A DNA stretch of 64,000 nucleotides from the human T2T-CHM13v2.0 reference genome, Homo sapiens. The position numbers were made by a program, and so were the translations under genes. The stretch lies in assembly GCF_009914755.1 (NCBI RefSeq), contig NC_060944.1; one strand, written 5' to 3'. The notes below the pieces were generated by a model that saw only the letters and a program-made list of their open reading frames with translations, was not told the origin of the DNA and made no database searches. Positions 33,935 through 47,229 of the stretch are shown here, one piece after another (the stretch's first letter is position 1; the number at the start of each line of letters is the position of its first letter).

Positions 33935-34100
33935 CTTATTCCTCAAAGACATGGTTTTGAGAACTAGCAGCATGGGTACCACCAGGGAGCTTGTTAAAAA
34001 AGCAGAGTCTTGAGTGCCACCCCAGCCCTACTGGATCAGAATTCGCATTGTAACAAGCTCCCAGGTGATTCTCAAGCACATTAAAGTTTGAGAAGTTCTG
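33935..34100 (+). mobile_element. MER5-family MITE
   Basis: 'gggagcttgttaaaaaagcaga..taacaagctcccaggtgattctc..ttaaagtttgagaag'. Confidence 0.75.
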
Positions 34101-34500
34101 ATTGCATGTTCTCAGTCATATGTGAAAGCTGAAAAAAGATGATATCATAGAAATAAAAAGTTAGAACAGAGGATACTAGTAGCTGTGAAAGGTAGGGGAA
34201 GGAGAGATAGGGAGAGATTTGTTAAAGGATACAAAATTACAGCTAGATAGGAGGGTAAGTTCTAGGGCTCTATATCGCTATAGGGTGACTATAATTAATA
34301 TTATATAGTTTAAAATAGCTAGAAAGACATTGAACAACCCCAACAGAAAAAAAAGGTGAATATTTGAGATGATGGATATGCAAATTACCCTGATCTGATC
34401 ACTACACATTATTTGTATGGAAACATCACTGTGCACCCCATGAATATGTGTAATTATTATTTGTCAATTTAAAAAATGAAAGAAAAGAAAGCAAAGATAA
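34101..34500 (+). mobile_element. L1MA5-like 3' end
   Basis: 'ttgttaaaggatacaaaattacagctagataggag..tttgagatgatggatatgc..ccctgatctgatcact' plus A-rich tail. Confidence 0.8.
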
Positions 34501-35161
34501 TACAGCCTTTAAAAAGAGAAGTTTTGGTGTAATAGATTACTGGGCTATCTTCTAAGTCAGACGCATCTTTCTCTTGGGGTTCTCTAAAGAGGTCCACCTC
34601 CAATTCTAAACACCTCCTCATCACGAGAATCTATCACCAGTTCTACGGAGAGAACCACAGAGTCAGTAGACCTAGGTTACCACCGTCTTCTATCAAGTCT
34701 CTCTCCCTCATTGAGCCCAGGGAATGTAAGGATGAGAGATTTCCCTCCTTAGGACTGATCCATATTCCAGTAAGCCCAGGGTTCCGTCTCTGAAGGGGTG
34801 ATTAAGGGAGGAAATCTGGCAGCCTGTGAGAGTACTCCTTCATAGCTACCTTGAAGGTGGGAGACATTGTCTCCATTCTTGCTTTGTCATTCATAAATTG
34901 ATCAAGCTCTCCTAGTCGCATGAAGCCGTTTCTTCTTCTGGCCTTCCGTTTTTTAACTCTTCTGCAAAGAGAGTGAATGAGAATAAATGTTTGATGGCTA
35001 CCTGCTTTGTGTCAAGTGTCAAGGGCTTTACTTAAGTGATCTCATTTAAATCTTGTCTCCCACTGTGTAAGGTAAACCCTATCACATCCCTTTTGCAGTC
35101 TTGAATAAAAAAGAGACTTAAAAAAAAATACTTTGCCAAACATCATACCTAAGTGAAAAGA

Positions 35162-35889
35162 TGTGATTTTCCTCTGATTTGATTTTGAGGTTTCTCTCTG
35201 AAGAATGGCTATAAATTCTAGTCCTGTCCTGCTGGGGCTCCAGGGGAGGTATTTGTGGATGTTTACAGAATGCCTTTCATGGGATGCTTCTTCCCAGTAG
35301 ACAGCCTAATGCCTAAGCGTCCAACCTGTGACCAGGTGTTCCTCTCACAGGAAACTTGTTTTGTACTTGCAGACACCCTTGTACCTCTTGTCTGACGTGT
35401 TCATTTTATTCCTACCATGATAGCCACTCTCTAGGAGAGCCCTGACATGGAAAGAACTTAGGTTCAGATTGTGGGTCAGGTGAGACATAGAGGAGACAGC
35501 ACAACCAAACAAATGTAATAACACAAACAGTTTTATTACTCGCAGCTCCCAGAGAGAAGAGAGCAGCACACTTTGCAGGGCCAGTGGGAAGACGTGAGCT
35601 ATCCAGAGCGTGCATGCTGAGCCAGCAGGTGGAGAGAAGGAGGGAGGGGGAGGACTTGTTTATAGGACCCTGGGATTGACCATTAGGGTATTTTTGTGGT
35701 CAGCCACTGTGGGATGTGTTGTGTTCTGAATCAGTGAAATGAGGAACAATAGAGTATATCACAAACCACATAGGGAGGGGAAGTTTTAGGTAAGGCAAAG
35801 GGAATTGGGTCCAACTGTGTTTCAAGTAACTTATGTCGAGCCTGAAAATAGATGCCAAGGCAGCAACTACATTAAACAAATTTATGACA
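35162..35889 (-). mobile_element. ERVL-class solo LTR (MER54/73/74/76 group)
   Basis: 'gcctaatgcctaag..tgaccaggtgttcctctcacaggaaacttgtt'; ends 'aaacaaatttatgaca'; TSD aaaga/gaaga. Confidence 0.75.
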
Positions 35890-36199
35890 GAAGATAATTA
35901 TTCTGGGTGGGTAGACCCTGAAAAAATTATCCTTCCTTGGATAAAATCAAAGAGCACTTCCTCTGACCTTGGTCTTTTTAACTTCTCACCTGATTACAGC
36001 TACTGGGCTTTCGTTAGCAATCTTGTCCATGCCCACAGCATTTGAGGTTAAACTAAGTACTTTCTGCGTTCTGTTTCATTTAGTCTTCATAAGATCCCTG
36101 TAATATTGCTTTTATCCCATTTGTCAGATGAGGAAAATGGAAAATGAGACCTGCCAGAGGAGCGAAAGAAGTTGTTGAAAATCTCGCAGAAACTATGTA

Positions 36200-37530
36200 G
36201 GCAATACCCACTAGGATGACTATAATAACAAAAGACAGATAGTAAGAAGTTGGAGAAGATGTGGAGAAATTAGAACCCTCATACACAGGTGGCATGAATG
36301 TAAAATGGTACAGCCACTTGAGAGAAGTCTGACAGTTCTTCAAATAGTGAAACATAGAGTTACCATATGACCTAACAATTCCAGTCCTAGATACATACCC
36401 CCAAATGAAAGAATACTGCCACAAAAACTTGTATACAAATGTTTATAGTTTATAGAAGTATTCATGATGGTGATCACAGCAGGAGACAGACAAATTCCTA
36501 GGCAGACAGAGATGGGTCCTGGTGAAACCCAACCCTCAAGCCAAAGACAGCCTGAAGCCTGAAAACTAAGCCATTTGCCAAGCTGTGGGTGGCGGGAACA
36601 AGCGAGAGCTGCGACATTTCTTGGGGGCTTGGACCTTGGGACTCCCCACGTGAGAGCTGTAACACCCCTTGGGGCTCCACAATTGCTGGCATCTCCAAGT
36701 TTTCGGGCACCACTGTGTTCCCCTCATCTAGACGGCAGAGTCCAATCCAGAGATCGCTTGCGGTACACCCAGTCCAGGCGCTGGCTGAGCGTGGATCCTG
36801 CAGCAAGTGTGGGATCTGGGCCAGGATGCAAGCGGAGTGCAGCCTGCCAGGCCCAGTGGGCAGAGTGAGCCCAGCAGGCCCAAGCAAGGCCCTAGGCAGT
36901 GGTCATGGCGGCCACAGAGATTTTCAGCTGGGGAAGGGGCACTCAAGGAATTCTGTAACACTGTAACCCTCCCTTCCACTCGCTGAGCGATGGGTGAGAA
37001 AAAGCTGCTGGGTGCCATTTCCTCTCGCTCACTAAACCACAAAAGCTGTAATAATAGCCCCAGATGGAAACAACCCAAATATCCATCAACTGATGAATAG
37101 CTGAACAAACTGGCATATCCATACAATAGAATATTATTCAGCCATCAAAAGGAATAAAATATTGATAGATGCCACAACATGGAAGAACCCTGAAAGGATT
37201 ATGCTAAGTGAAAGAGGCCAGTCACAAAGGATCACATATTGTACAATTCAATTTATAGGAAATGTCCACAATAGGCAAATCTATAGAGATAGAAAATGGA
37301 TTAGTGATTGCCTAGGGTTTGTGGGGTGACGGGGAGATTGGAGGACAGTGAAAGCAAGGGATTTCTTTGTGGGGTAAGGAAGTATTCTAAAATTCTGGTG
37401 ATGGTTTCACAACTTGAATATATTGATAGCCATTGAATTATATAATTTAAATGGGTGAATTGTATGGTGTGCAAATATCTCAATAATGCTCTGAAAGCAA
37501 ACAACAACAACAAAATGAAAATAAAAAACA
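36200..37530 (+). mobile_element. L1MB-like 3' end, split by a MER52 LTR
   Basis: 'gatgtggagaaattagaaccctcatac..catagagttaccatatgacc' and 'ggaaacaacccaaatatccatcaactgatgaat'. Confidence 0.82.
36471..37053 (+). mobile_element. MER52-family ERV1 LTR, internally deleted
   Basis: 'ggagacagacaaattcctaggcagacag..caagccaaagacagcctgaagcctgaaaac'; 4-bp TSD atgg/atag. Confidence 0.8.
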
Positions 37531-38424
37531 AACGTGAGAGTCAGTGATCCATCCAAGGAATTCCCTAAATGTTCTGCATTTCTTCTATCAAACTCCACCA
37601 AGCTGTTAAATCAGTGGTTCCCAGCCCAGGATGTGCACTGATACCCTGATGCCTAGAGCCCCTGATGAATGACAGCAGAAGCTTGGGGCGGACCTGGACA
37701 TCAATATATATTATAGCTCCCAGGTAATACCCCATGTGCAGCCATGTTTTTTATGGAGAAGCTTTTCTACCACAAGTCTCTGTTCAGAGGCTGTGATCTA
37801 CATGGAATCTAAAAGATTTGGCATGAAATTTTGATCAAAGCAATTACCTATATGCTTTTTCAGTGGAGGTTGTCTGAGGTGTAGCAGTCAGAGAAATTGA
37901 ACTGTCAAAAACGAATATAAGAATAATAAGAGAATATTTCTTCTTCATTGGACACCCAAGATGAATAGCAGGTAAAATAAAATTTTAAATTAAATTGAAT
38001 ATGTATACGACTTTACTTTTTTGTTAAAGGACTATAACATGAATAATGAACATATTAAAAAGAGAAGACCAGACCCTCAATTTCTTTCAATAATGTTAGT
38101 GTTGTATATCCTAGCTTGAATAAAACACATTTCATTAAAACACCCACACGGTTCTGCAATGCATTATGGATGGCCTCTCTGGAGAAATCTTACATGCCTT
38201 TCAATTTCGACATAGTGATATGGTAATAATAAAAGTCTTTGGCATATAATTCTGCAGGTATTTTTACAATTCTGAGTTTTGCTGATCAAAAGCCAGGGTT
38301 TACCTCACCTGGGTTCTGACCTGCAGTAGATTGGGAGAAGTGAATGGGGCAGAAAGGATCATTTTTGTTCCCCATATTTGTGGGGTTGTTGTATCAAAAA
38401 TCTAAATATAAATGTATTTGAAAT

Positions 38425-38925
38425 TGTATTAGTTGAGATAGAGTTTCAGCTGCTCTATCAAACACTCAAAATGATAGTGGCTTAATAAGTAAGAAGATGG
38501 TTTCTCTCTCCCATAAAAGTCCAGGTGAGTGTGGCTGCTCTGTTCTTTGCTAGGGCTCAGCAACCCAGGCTGTGTCTGTGTTTGCTTCTCCTTTCATTCC
38601 TAACATACTGTCTCTCTCCATATGGTCCAATATGACCCATCACTCCCACCACCATGTTTGCTGTGGGAAGAGAGAAAGGAAAGAGCAGAGCCGGCCTCTT
38701 CTGTCTAAAAACAGGAACTGGAAGTGGCACATGCCACTTCTGCTCACATCCTGTTGGCCAGAACTTAACCGTCTTAATCATATGACCTCATCTAGCTACA
38801 AGGGAGGCTAGGAACTGCAATATTGATTTTAGATGGCCAAGTGTCCAACTAAGAGTCAAGAGTTTCTATTACTATAGAAAAAGGAGAACATGGGTATTGG
38901 GGAATAATAAGCAGTTTCTACTGAA
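38425..38925 (-). mobile_element. MLT1J/I-like solo LTR
   Basis: 'ctagctacaagggaggctagg..tttctattactatagaaaaaggagaa..tattgggg..agcagtttctac'. Confidence 0.7.
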
Positions 38926-39329
38926 GGAAGATGCAAGGGCCTATAATATCATGGATATTATAAAGGTAAAATGAATTTCTTCCTTGCAGTCATCTAGTAC
39001 CATCTCTCCATCATCTAATGAGGAAATAGGTCTATTTTAGTGCCTTTGCCTCCTCCAATCCTCATTATCACAGGGTCCTACTGACACGTAGGTTCAACAT
39101 AAATTTATTAAAGGCCCACTCTGAGTTGAGTGTATAGTGGACCTTTAGGTGCTCATGACAATCCCATAAGATAGCTATTATATCTATTTGCCAATGAAGG
39201 GAAGATGACTCACAGAGGTTAAGCTACTCTCCCAAAGCCACACAGCTGACTGAGGTTCTAGTATCTGCTGGGTCTATACTGGGGGACTTCCTATATTAGG
39301 GACTTCCTAGTTTTCTTCCTGCCTCACAA

Positions 39330-39875
39330 TGGGGCAGGGAGAAGACTAGGAAGTGCTCCCCAGAAGATAGTGAGTTAGGTCTTTAAGGAGACCACACCAG
39401 GGAGATGGGGGAGGAGTGGGGTTTAGGAGGAGGGAGCAGCAGGTATGCAGGGCATAGCAAGGCACTTCTGTAGGGCTACAAGCACTTCCACAGGTGGAAA
39501 AGTAGGATGTATAGGGGAGTAATGGGGATGAAGTAGAAGAAACAGGCAGAAGCCAATTGAGAAGGACACCTAAATGGCCTTTTGTAGCCAAAGGAGAGTC
39601 CTGAGGGGTTTTAAGCAGGAGAGTGATGTGGTCAGATTTGCCTTCTATAAATCTGCCTAGAAGTGAGGAGATCAGCTGGGACTTGACAAGATTTGAGCAA
39701 GGAATGAACACCTCAATGGTGCAAATTGCGTCTTAGGGAAAGAGTCAATAGATACGAAGAGTTAAAATTATAGTTCTGATCTTATGTGAGGGTGAGGGAG
39801 AGACACAATTACAGGACAACTCCTAGGATGACCCAGGGTTTATGGTATGGATGACTGAGTTGATGTTTTCACTTA
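39330..39875 (-). mobile_element. L2 fragment
   Basis: 'gaggggttttaagcaggagagtgatgtggtcagattt'. Confidence 0.6.
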
Positions 39876-42229
39876 TGAAGAAAGATTTAACTAGTTTCTC
39901 TCCAACTGCAAAAATAATAGTTCTAAACATCTTCATGGCAGAAGACTGTACAATTAAGAAATTTATGGGAAAAATAGAATGGGGGGACCAGGGTAGTTAA
40001 AAACGTATGAATGTTCTTATAGGTACATTTTACACTTGCAATATTAAGGTGATAATATCCTGAATAAAGATAATGTCAGTGACAGTTTTTGTATCTTAAA
40101 TTGGCAAAATAGCATTAATAGTTACTGTATCATTAACTTCCACCTACTATGGCTCTCTGGAAAATTTTGGTATCATCCTTCTGTATAGTTTTAATGGAAT
40201 ATGGATTTGTTTTGCTCTGTTGAAGATAATAAGCATACCAAGAGACATTTTCTTTTAGTGCTTGAACCTCCATCCAAATGCTTAATGCCTTTCTGATTTT
40301 AAGATTTGGACTGCCTAAGTCACCCTATCTAAGTCATGACTCAAAAGTAATTACCAAGTCACATATAAACATGATCGAAAATTCACACAGCTGCAGGAGA
40401 GAAACAGAGAAAGAAGTCCATCCATGCACACCAGAATTTTGAGTAAGTGGAGATTGCTCCAGGGGAGGGACTGCTGCTGGTCAGGAGGAACCTGGACTGT
40501 AAAGGTAGAAGTCACTCTTGTTTCTTTCTGGTTGATTGTGCTTCATGCCACAGCACCTGTTCATGTGACTTCAGTTGTGTGCTCAGTCCTTCATCCAGGT
40601 AGGTCCCACTGAAGTGGACAGAATGGGAGAGGGGCAGCTTGAGCTGCATTCTCAGGGTCTTGCCTCCAAAGCCTATCCTGGCTGAGCTGGCCTGACCTGA
40701 TGTTTGAGCCCTGATCATGGCTCACCTGCCTTGTTTCTCATAAGTGGAACTTCATCATAAAGGAAGGGGAACAGCTTGGGCTCTGCCATTTGCTGACTGC
40801 GTGACCCTGGGTGGATGGTTCAGTTGCACAGGCTGTTCTCTGGGGTATTTCAGGAAAGCCATAGCTGTAGACTTTTTATGTAAAAGCAGTTCAGGGCTGA
40901 AGTACAGTGGGACTTGAGGCAAAAGTGGCTAGTGGACCTGTCCTGGACCTGTATTAACATGGCAGACTCTCCATCTCTCCATTTTTAGTTTCCTTATATG
41001 TGCAACTCCAATGAAAAACACAAGCATTTTCTAAAGATGCATTTATTCACAGTTCATATGAGATTAAGGAAAGTTCACGTGTCCATACCAAAGAAAGAAA
41101 AATAACCATATGAAGTTATATCAGTAGATAACACAAGAAAATATTGATGTTCACCCTGGTTTTATAATGCATATATTATGGCCAAAAAAATACAATACAT
41201 TCATCCTACCTTCAAAAGGCTTAGTGAGGCTAAGGAGTTACAGCATTGTGATTCTTTGGTTATTGTCAGAAACAAATGCTTCTGTGACTCCAGTGTAAGC
41301 TCTTATCTCTTGTTGAATTTATAACTAATTCAGTTTGTTTTGACACCACTACTGGTATTCTTCAAGAAAGTTTTTGTTAGTAGCAGGGAGGAAAAATATG
41401 TCACATACCATAGAAATCATTGGCAAAGCCATGCCGATGCAGCATAGCAGATGGGAGGCAAGGATTGGGTGGGTGGGAGAGTGAGTGCTCCCGAACCCGA
41501 GGGGGTTATTGGAAGGATTAAATGAGGTGATGTCTGTAAGATGTCTATCTTGGCGACTAGTATATAACAGTGGCTCAGTAAATGGTGTCTATGATTAGAA
41601 TTATTTTTTCAAGATCCATTCCTTACTTCAATCACCAGTTTGATACTTAGTCTCAACCCTTAATGATACAAATAGACATAGCCAGCATTCCCAATCCCAA
41701 ATTCTTTGCCAGTTTCTTAAGAAAGCATACTGTAGCTCCACTTTTGAAGATTTGCAATGCATATTTGAATAATAAAGGCTCTGAGAAGTCCTGCATGAAA
41801 GAAACTTGTTGACTTTTGTGTTGCCTTGTATTTTCCAACCTTTTCAGACCCATTTTTTTTCATGGACTGCCTATTGGCAGTTTTTGGCACAAGAATTCTA
41901 TGGAACACCCTATGGCAAAATGATAGTCTCACACCTAGCATTTCTTCGAGGTAAAGAATTCTAGACAGTGAGTCACTGAAAACTTTTTAGGAGAAAAATT
42001 AAGTTTTCTTTTCCTCATCAATCAAATTAAAGTCACTTGATTTTGTGAACAGTGTTTTGTGACAGATGAAGCTATATATTCAGACTTGACTGATGTTACT
42101 GATTTCTAGCCCTGGAGGTCAAGGGAGAGGCAAGCTGGGGTAAGACAACAAGCTACAGATTGGTCTGGGCATTGCTTGGCAATTATCCTTAAATTATTCT
42201 TCACACCAAAGTTCACACTCGCGTTTACT

Positions 42230-42650
42230 CAAACTCATCTTCTTTGACTCAAAAACAGCCATAGGAAGTAGGCAGGATAGGAAATGACCGATTCCATCTT
42301 ATATCCAATGAAACTGAGATGAGCAGAGGTGAAGCAATTTAAGGCGAAAGAGCTAGAAGTAGAACTTAAGTCTCCTGACTCAATTTAATTCTACAAGCAT
42401 TTATTTAGCACCTACTATGTGCCAGGTACAGTGCTTAGATTTTGGGAGTACAGGGTGACAAAATCAAATATTCTGCAGAATTTAGAAGAGACATGTAAAA
42501 TAAGAGTTACAACATAATGTGAAAAGTGCAATAGTAGACACAGGGAGGATCAGAATGGTGAGGGAAGAACAAAAGAAAAGGTGGTTTATGAACTGGGTTT
42601 TGAAGGATAAATAAGACCTTTTCCCCAGGAAAACAAGCAGGGAAAGACAG
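42230..42650 (-). mobile_element. MIR fragment followed by an L2 3' end
   Basis: 'aatgaaactgag..agaggtgaagcaattt' then 'caagcatttatttagcacctactatgtgccagg'. Confidence 0.6.
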
Positions 42651-44309
42651 AGGATATCGCTATAAAATTGTTAATGTCCCTCTCCCCGATAACCCCCATA
42701 GCAGGTGATGGACCTTAGAGGATATTAGTTGTGTGTGTGTTGTGTGTCTAGGCTCTGAGATAGTAAAATCCTGAGGATTTCCCCTTCATTCCTTTCTACT
42801 TATTTTTGAACAAAGTTGGAGGCATAAATGTTTTGCAAGGACCGCGTCGCATTACAGCATGACGATGGATGGGAGAAATTCATCTATGAGGTTAAAGTTT
42901 ACAACTTTAATAAATCAAATCTCTTAAACTTGCGATTGAAAAACTAGCAAAAGGGACAAGATTCTGGCTTCTGGCTGCCCACAGTTCTATTTCATTTGCT
43001 GGCTGGGGAAGGCCTTTTCCCTGGGGCCTGATTGGCAGTGACTCCTGCAGTGTTTCAGCCCAAAGTTCCCTTTTCTTGATTAATGTGATTTTCTATGTTT
43101 TCCTGGTAGCTCAGAACCAATGAAGAGCAGTGATCTGGGAAACCACCTCCTGTGATTCCCTTTGACAGGGTTCTCAGTGGAACAGAACAAGTAATTTTGG
43201 TTGGCATCCCGGAAGGTTGCCTTTAAGCAGCAGCAGTGGCAGCAGCCAAAGGAGCCCGATACCACCTCACCTGGACCTTCCTGCAGTGCAGGAGGCTGGG
43301 TGGTGTCAGGATCACTGAGCCAGATACAACTAGGTTGTCTTTGGCTAAACTGGTGTGCTTTTGCAAGCATGTGTAGATAGATTCCTATTTAAAAGACATC
43401 TCACCATGAGAAAAAAGTCAGAAGGCCAGGGCAGTGGGAAAATGATCAGTGCATCTGAGGATTATGAAGGGGTGATGGGTACAACCTACAGTTGCTCATG
43501 GATATTTCTTTTCCTCCCCACAGAGGGACAAGAGGATAGGTAACAAGAGGCCTCCAGGTGCCAGGCAGCAGTGGCTGTACTTTGTTTCTCTGTGGATGGA
43601 AAATATTCTGCAACTCAGGGAGGTGGCCAGAGACCAAAGGACTGCCTGAAGCTGGGCAGCAACACAGGAAGGGTTGCTTTTAATTAAAGTTCTCTTTGTT
43701 TTGTTGCAGCGCCTAAGAGGTTGGCGTCTGAGAATTTTGTCCTTTACCTTCTTAGAAAGGACTCTCAGTCTTGGCCAGGTTTGTGAAATGTTTTCTTGTA
43801 AGCACATCTTCCTACCTAAACTTTGAAAGGGAGGATTTATTCAGCTTTTGAAGGAAACTGGCTAAAATTTGGTCAGATGACATCAGCCCTGCCAGCCAGC
43901 CTGGGTATGCAGGTCGTTCCCCATTGGACTCTCTCACGCCTTCAGATGCATTTTGTACATGCCTTCATCTTTCTCTGTGTCCTGTGAGGCTGACATCTAT
44001 AGATTGTTTAACCTGCGCTCCCTTATCTTCTGGCTTCTGCTTGGGTTTGGCCTATAAGTAAAGGAGAGAGGGTAGGAACAGAGAGATTCGGGCACAGATT
44101 CCGGATTCCCTCTCTGCCTGCACTGGTGCGTGCCTCTGGCTGTGGTTACACTCTTCCATGTCTACTCCTTGGTTGTTCCCACCACACTGGGCTTCACGAT
44201 TGCTATGGTTATATCCTCCTCTTGCTTCTTCAAGCCAAGGACAGCAAGACTCTAGCTCTTGCTAATTTTGGGGTGTTTTTTTCATCCTTTTCTCCCCACT
44301 TAAATCTTT

Positions 44310-44975
44310 TCTTAAAAAGTGAGGTGAAATCCACATGACATGCAATTAAACATTTTAAGGAGTACAGTTCAGTGGCACTTAGCACATACACAATGTTGCA
44401 TGAAAACCTTCTCTCTCCAGTGTTAAAACTTTTTTTTTTTAATCAACCCAGAAGGACATCCATTAAGTAATCACTTTCCATTTCTCTCTTCTCTCCATCG
44501 CCTGGCAACCACTAATCTGCTTTCTCTCTCTCTGGGTTTGTCTATTCTGGATATTTCATATAAAAGAAGTCTACAGTATGAGACCTTTTGTGTCTGGCTT
44601 CTTTCACTTAGTATAATGTTTTTGGGGTTCATTCAAGTTGTAGCATTGTTAATACTTCATTTTTTTTTTTTTTAGATGAAATTTCACTTTGTCACCCAGG
44701 CTGGAGTGCAGTGGTGAGATCTTGGCTCACCGCAACCTCCCAAGTAGCTGGGATTACAGGCGCCCACTACCATGCCCAGTTAATTTTTGTATTTTTAGTA
44801 GAGATGGGGTTTCACCATCTTGGCCAGACTGGTCTCGAACTCATGACCTCAAGTAATCATCCCACCTCAGCCTCCCAAAGTGCTGGGATTACAGGCGTGA
44901 GCCACTGTGCCCGGGCTCCATTTGTTTTTATGGCTGAATAATATTCCATTGTATGGGTAGACCACAGTTGCCTTT
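44310..44975 (-). mobile_element. L1MB-like 3' end
   Basis: 'cagttcagtggcacttagcacat..cctggcaaccactaatctgcttt..tattccattgtatgg'. Confidence 0.8.
44660..44916 (-). mobile_element. AluS with an internal ~38-bp deletion
   Basis: Right arm jumps at 'gcaacctcc|caagtagctg'. Confidence 0.92.
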
Positions 44976-44992
44976 ATTCTTAACTCTGTAAG

Positions 44993-45172
44993 CTGGTGGT
45001 TCTCAAAATGTGGTCCTTAGACCAGCAGCATCAGCATACTCTGGGTACTTGTGGGAAATGCAAATTCTCAAGACCATCCACTCCACGAAACTCTGCGAGG
45101 CAGGGCCCAGACATCTGTTTTATAACAAGCTCTCCAGGTGATTCTGATGCCTGCTCAACTGTGAGGCCCACT
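44993..45172 (+). mobile_element. MER5A
   Basis: 'tggttctcaaaatgtggtcc..accagcagcatcagcat..ccaggtgattctgatgc'. Confidence 0.85.
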
Positions 45173-45369
45173 TCCATAAGTAGCCTCTTGATTAAGGTCT
45201 CCTCATTTAAAGCATTTGGGGTGAATTCATTTCCTGCTGGGACCCTGATGAATAACACCTCCAGCTGGGGTAACTGACATCTGTTTCTTGTGTGTTTAGT
45301 GCTGGGCACACTAGAGCAGGGCAGGGGGTAGTTTTAACAACCTTAGTTCTAGAAGTAGATATAAAGCAC

Positions 45370-45617
45370 ATGTTCTAAACTGGCTCCCAGAGTTCCCCAG
45401 TGGGCTTATGTTCTGGTTGTCTGGAGTGGAAACTTGCTTTATAAGACACCATTTTTTTGGCCGCCTTCCCCTTCCTGTTTGATTTCACCATTCTCCTACT
45501 GGTGCCAGTTCTTCCTGTAGTTACTCTCCATCCCCCATGCCCCTACCCTCACAAAGAAACTACTTGTGCTTGAATCTTTATCTCAGGGTCAGCTTCCAGG
45601 GGACCCCAACCAAGATA
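45370..45617 (+). mobile_element. LTR16-like 3' fragment
   Basis: 'cccagagttccccagtggg..aaactacttg..atctcagggtcagcttccaggggacccc..aagata'. Confidence 0.6.
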
Positions 45618-46584
45618 CCACATAATTGACCATCCTGAAAAAATGGCCAGTGTGAATACGGGTAGGAGATTTTTTGATTCAGATAACACTTGTGCTGTTA
45701 CAGCCCTGAACTGATCGAGGAAGATTATCTTTGGAGTAATGTGGGCTAACTGTGACATTTATTTCTGTTAAATCACTGTCTGCTCCCAGCTACTTGGTGA
45801 AGGAAAGCACATGGCCCTGTTTGGGATTCACCTTGAATGTGTGTCTAACTTTGCTTGTTCTGGGTTGCTACCATAGTAACAGGAGTAATTAACCTGAATT
45901 TCACTCTCTTGCTCTCTCTACACCACCTCCCCTCTCCCCTACTCCAGTTCATTCTGGATTTGCTTTGAAACATTTTAGTGAAGCAGTTAGAATGCCTTCA
46001 TCTACCTTCATCTGCACATCGATGATACCCTTTTCCTGGTTTTATCAGGCTGCTTGTTTTTGTTGTCTGTACATCCATTTCTTTGGGGATGAAGCACATG
46101 CATGGTATAGCTCAGGCATTTAAACAGGGTTCAGCAATTATAAAACACAGAAGTGACATCAACTGGGGGCAGTGTTTGGGCTTCCTTTGTCAACTCAGAA
46201 CATCTGTTTGGCTCATGGGGGCACCTTAGTTTATTGCTGTCATTAAGAGCTGTCAGTCAGAGGAACTGAGACCTGCACTTCCCGCTGAGGTGTTGAATAT
46301 TAAAAACTTACATTTCCTACCAAGGGCTCAGTCCTATTTCACTCTTTTTTTTTTTTTTTAAAGTAAGTTCTTAATTTTTGTTCATAAGTGTATACTGTGT
46401 TCTAGGAGACATTCAAGAAGTAAATGACTGGTCCTTTTTGGTGGACACTTTTCACCCAAAAGAAAAAAGAATGATAAATTTAACAGGTTCCTGTGATAAT
46501 CTATGCTGCATCCCTTTAGCCTACCTGATTTTAGAAGTGCCATGGTAGACAGTTGCCTGTAATTTAGTTGTCCCACATCAAAGT

Positions 46585-47050
46585 TGTGCTGTGATATCTC
46601 TTTACTGTTTCTTCAAAACTTCAAAAGCCTGCTTAGCCTTGTTCAGGGACAACTCAGATGTGTATGGGATGTTAGCATCCCAGATACAACCCCTGAGCAA
46701 TAGGTTATCAGAGTTGGTGGACAAATGTTCTGCCTCCTTGTGCTCTGATGGGACAATTCTGAGGCACATTCTAATAGCTCTTCGGAGGATATCAGAAGGA
46801 GTTGAGCACCAGTTGCCCAATGAGGCTGTCAGCCTGTCCTCTTTTATTCATTTATTTTTCTGTGGCTGACACTATTGATTGCAGTTCAGGTTTCATGGAA
46901 AGCAGCTTCCAAGATGGGGATAGCACGCTGGAAATTTACTGAAGAATGCCTTTGGGATCAACCACTGTAGAAGGGAAGGGAAGGAAGCAGGATCAGACAG
47001 CAGTAGAAGTTGGGCTGGAATGCAGCAAGGTGCCTCTGAAGGTGAGTCTG
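46585..47050. mobile_element. LTR16/LTR33-class ERVL LTR fragments in both orientations
   Basis: 'gagttggtggacaaatg..tgggacaattctgagg' (+), then 'ggaaatttactgaaga..gggatcaa..ggaagcagga' (-). Confidence 0.5.
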
Positions 47051-47229
47051 GCACCCTTTCTATTCTCACCCTGGATGAGCTCCTCAACTCTCATATTCAA
47101 CAATTGTTTATGTAATTCTGATTTCTAATCCACACTTCCAACTCTCATCTCTTATTCAGGTGTCTGCTCCTCTACTCAGTAGCACCTGGCCATGTGATAG
47201 GTTGTTGGAAATATAAATGAGTCAGACAT

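Larger units (their letters stand above)
43900..45257 (+). mobile_element. LTR33-like ERVL LTR with nested L1MB, Alu and MER5A
   Basis: 5' part 'gaggctgacatctat..ctggcttctgcttgggtttggcc'; 3' end 'tttcctgctgggaccctga..aca'. Confidence 0.6.

Noticed and set aside
36498-37126. GC-rich cluster of overlapping ORFs resembling an exon or CpG island
   Set aside because: It lies within the MER52 LTR, whose GC richness lowers stop-codon density.
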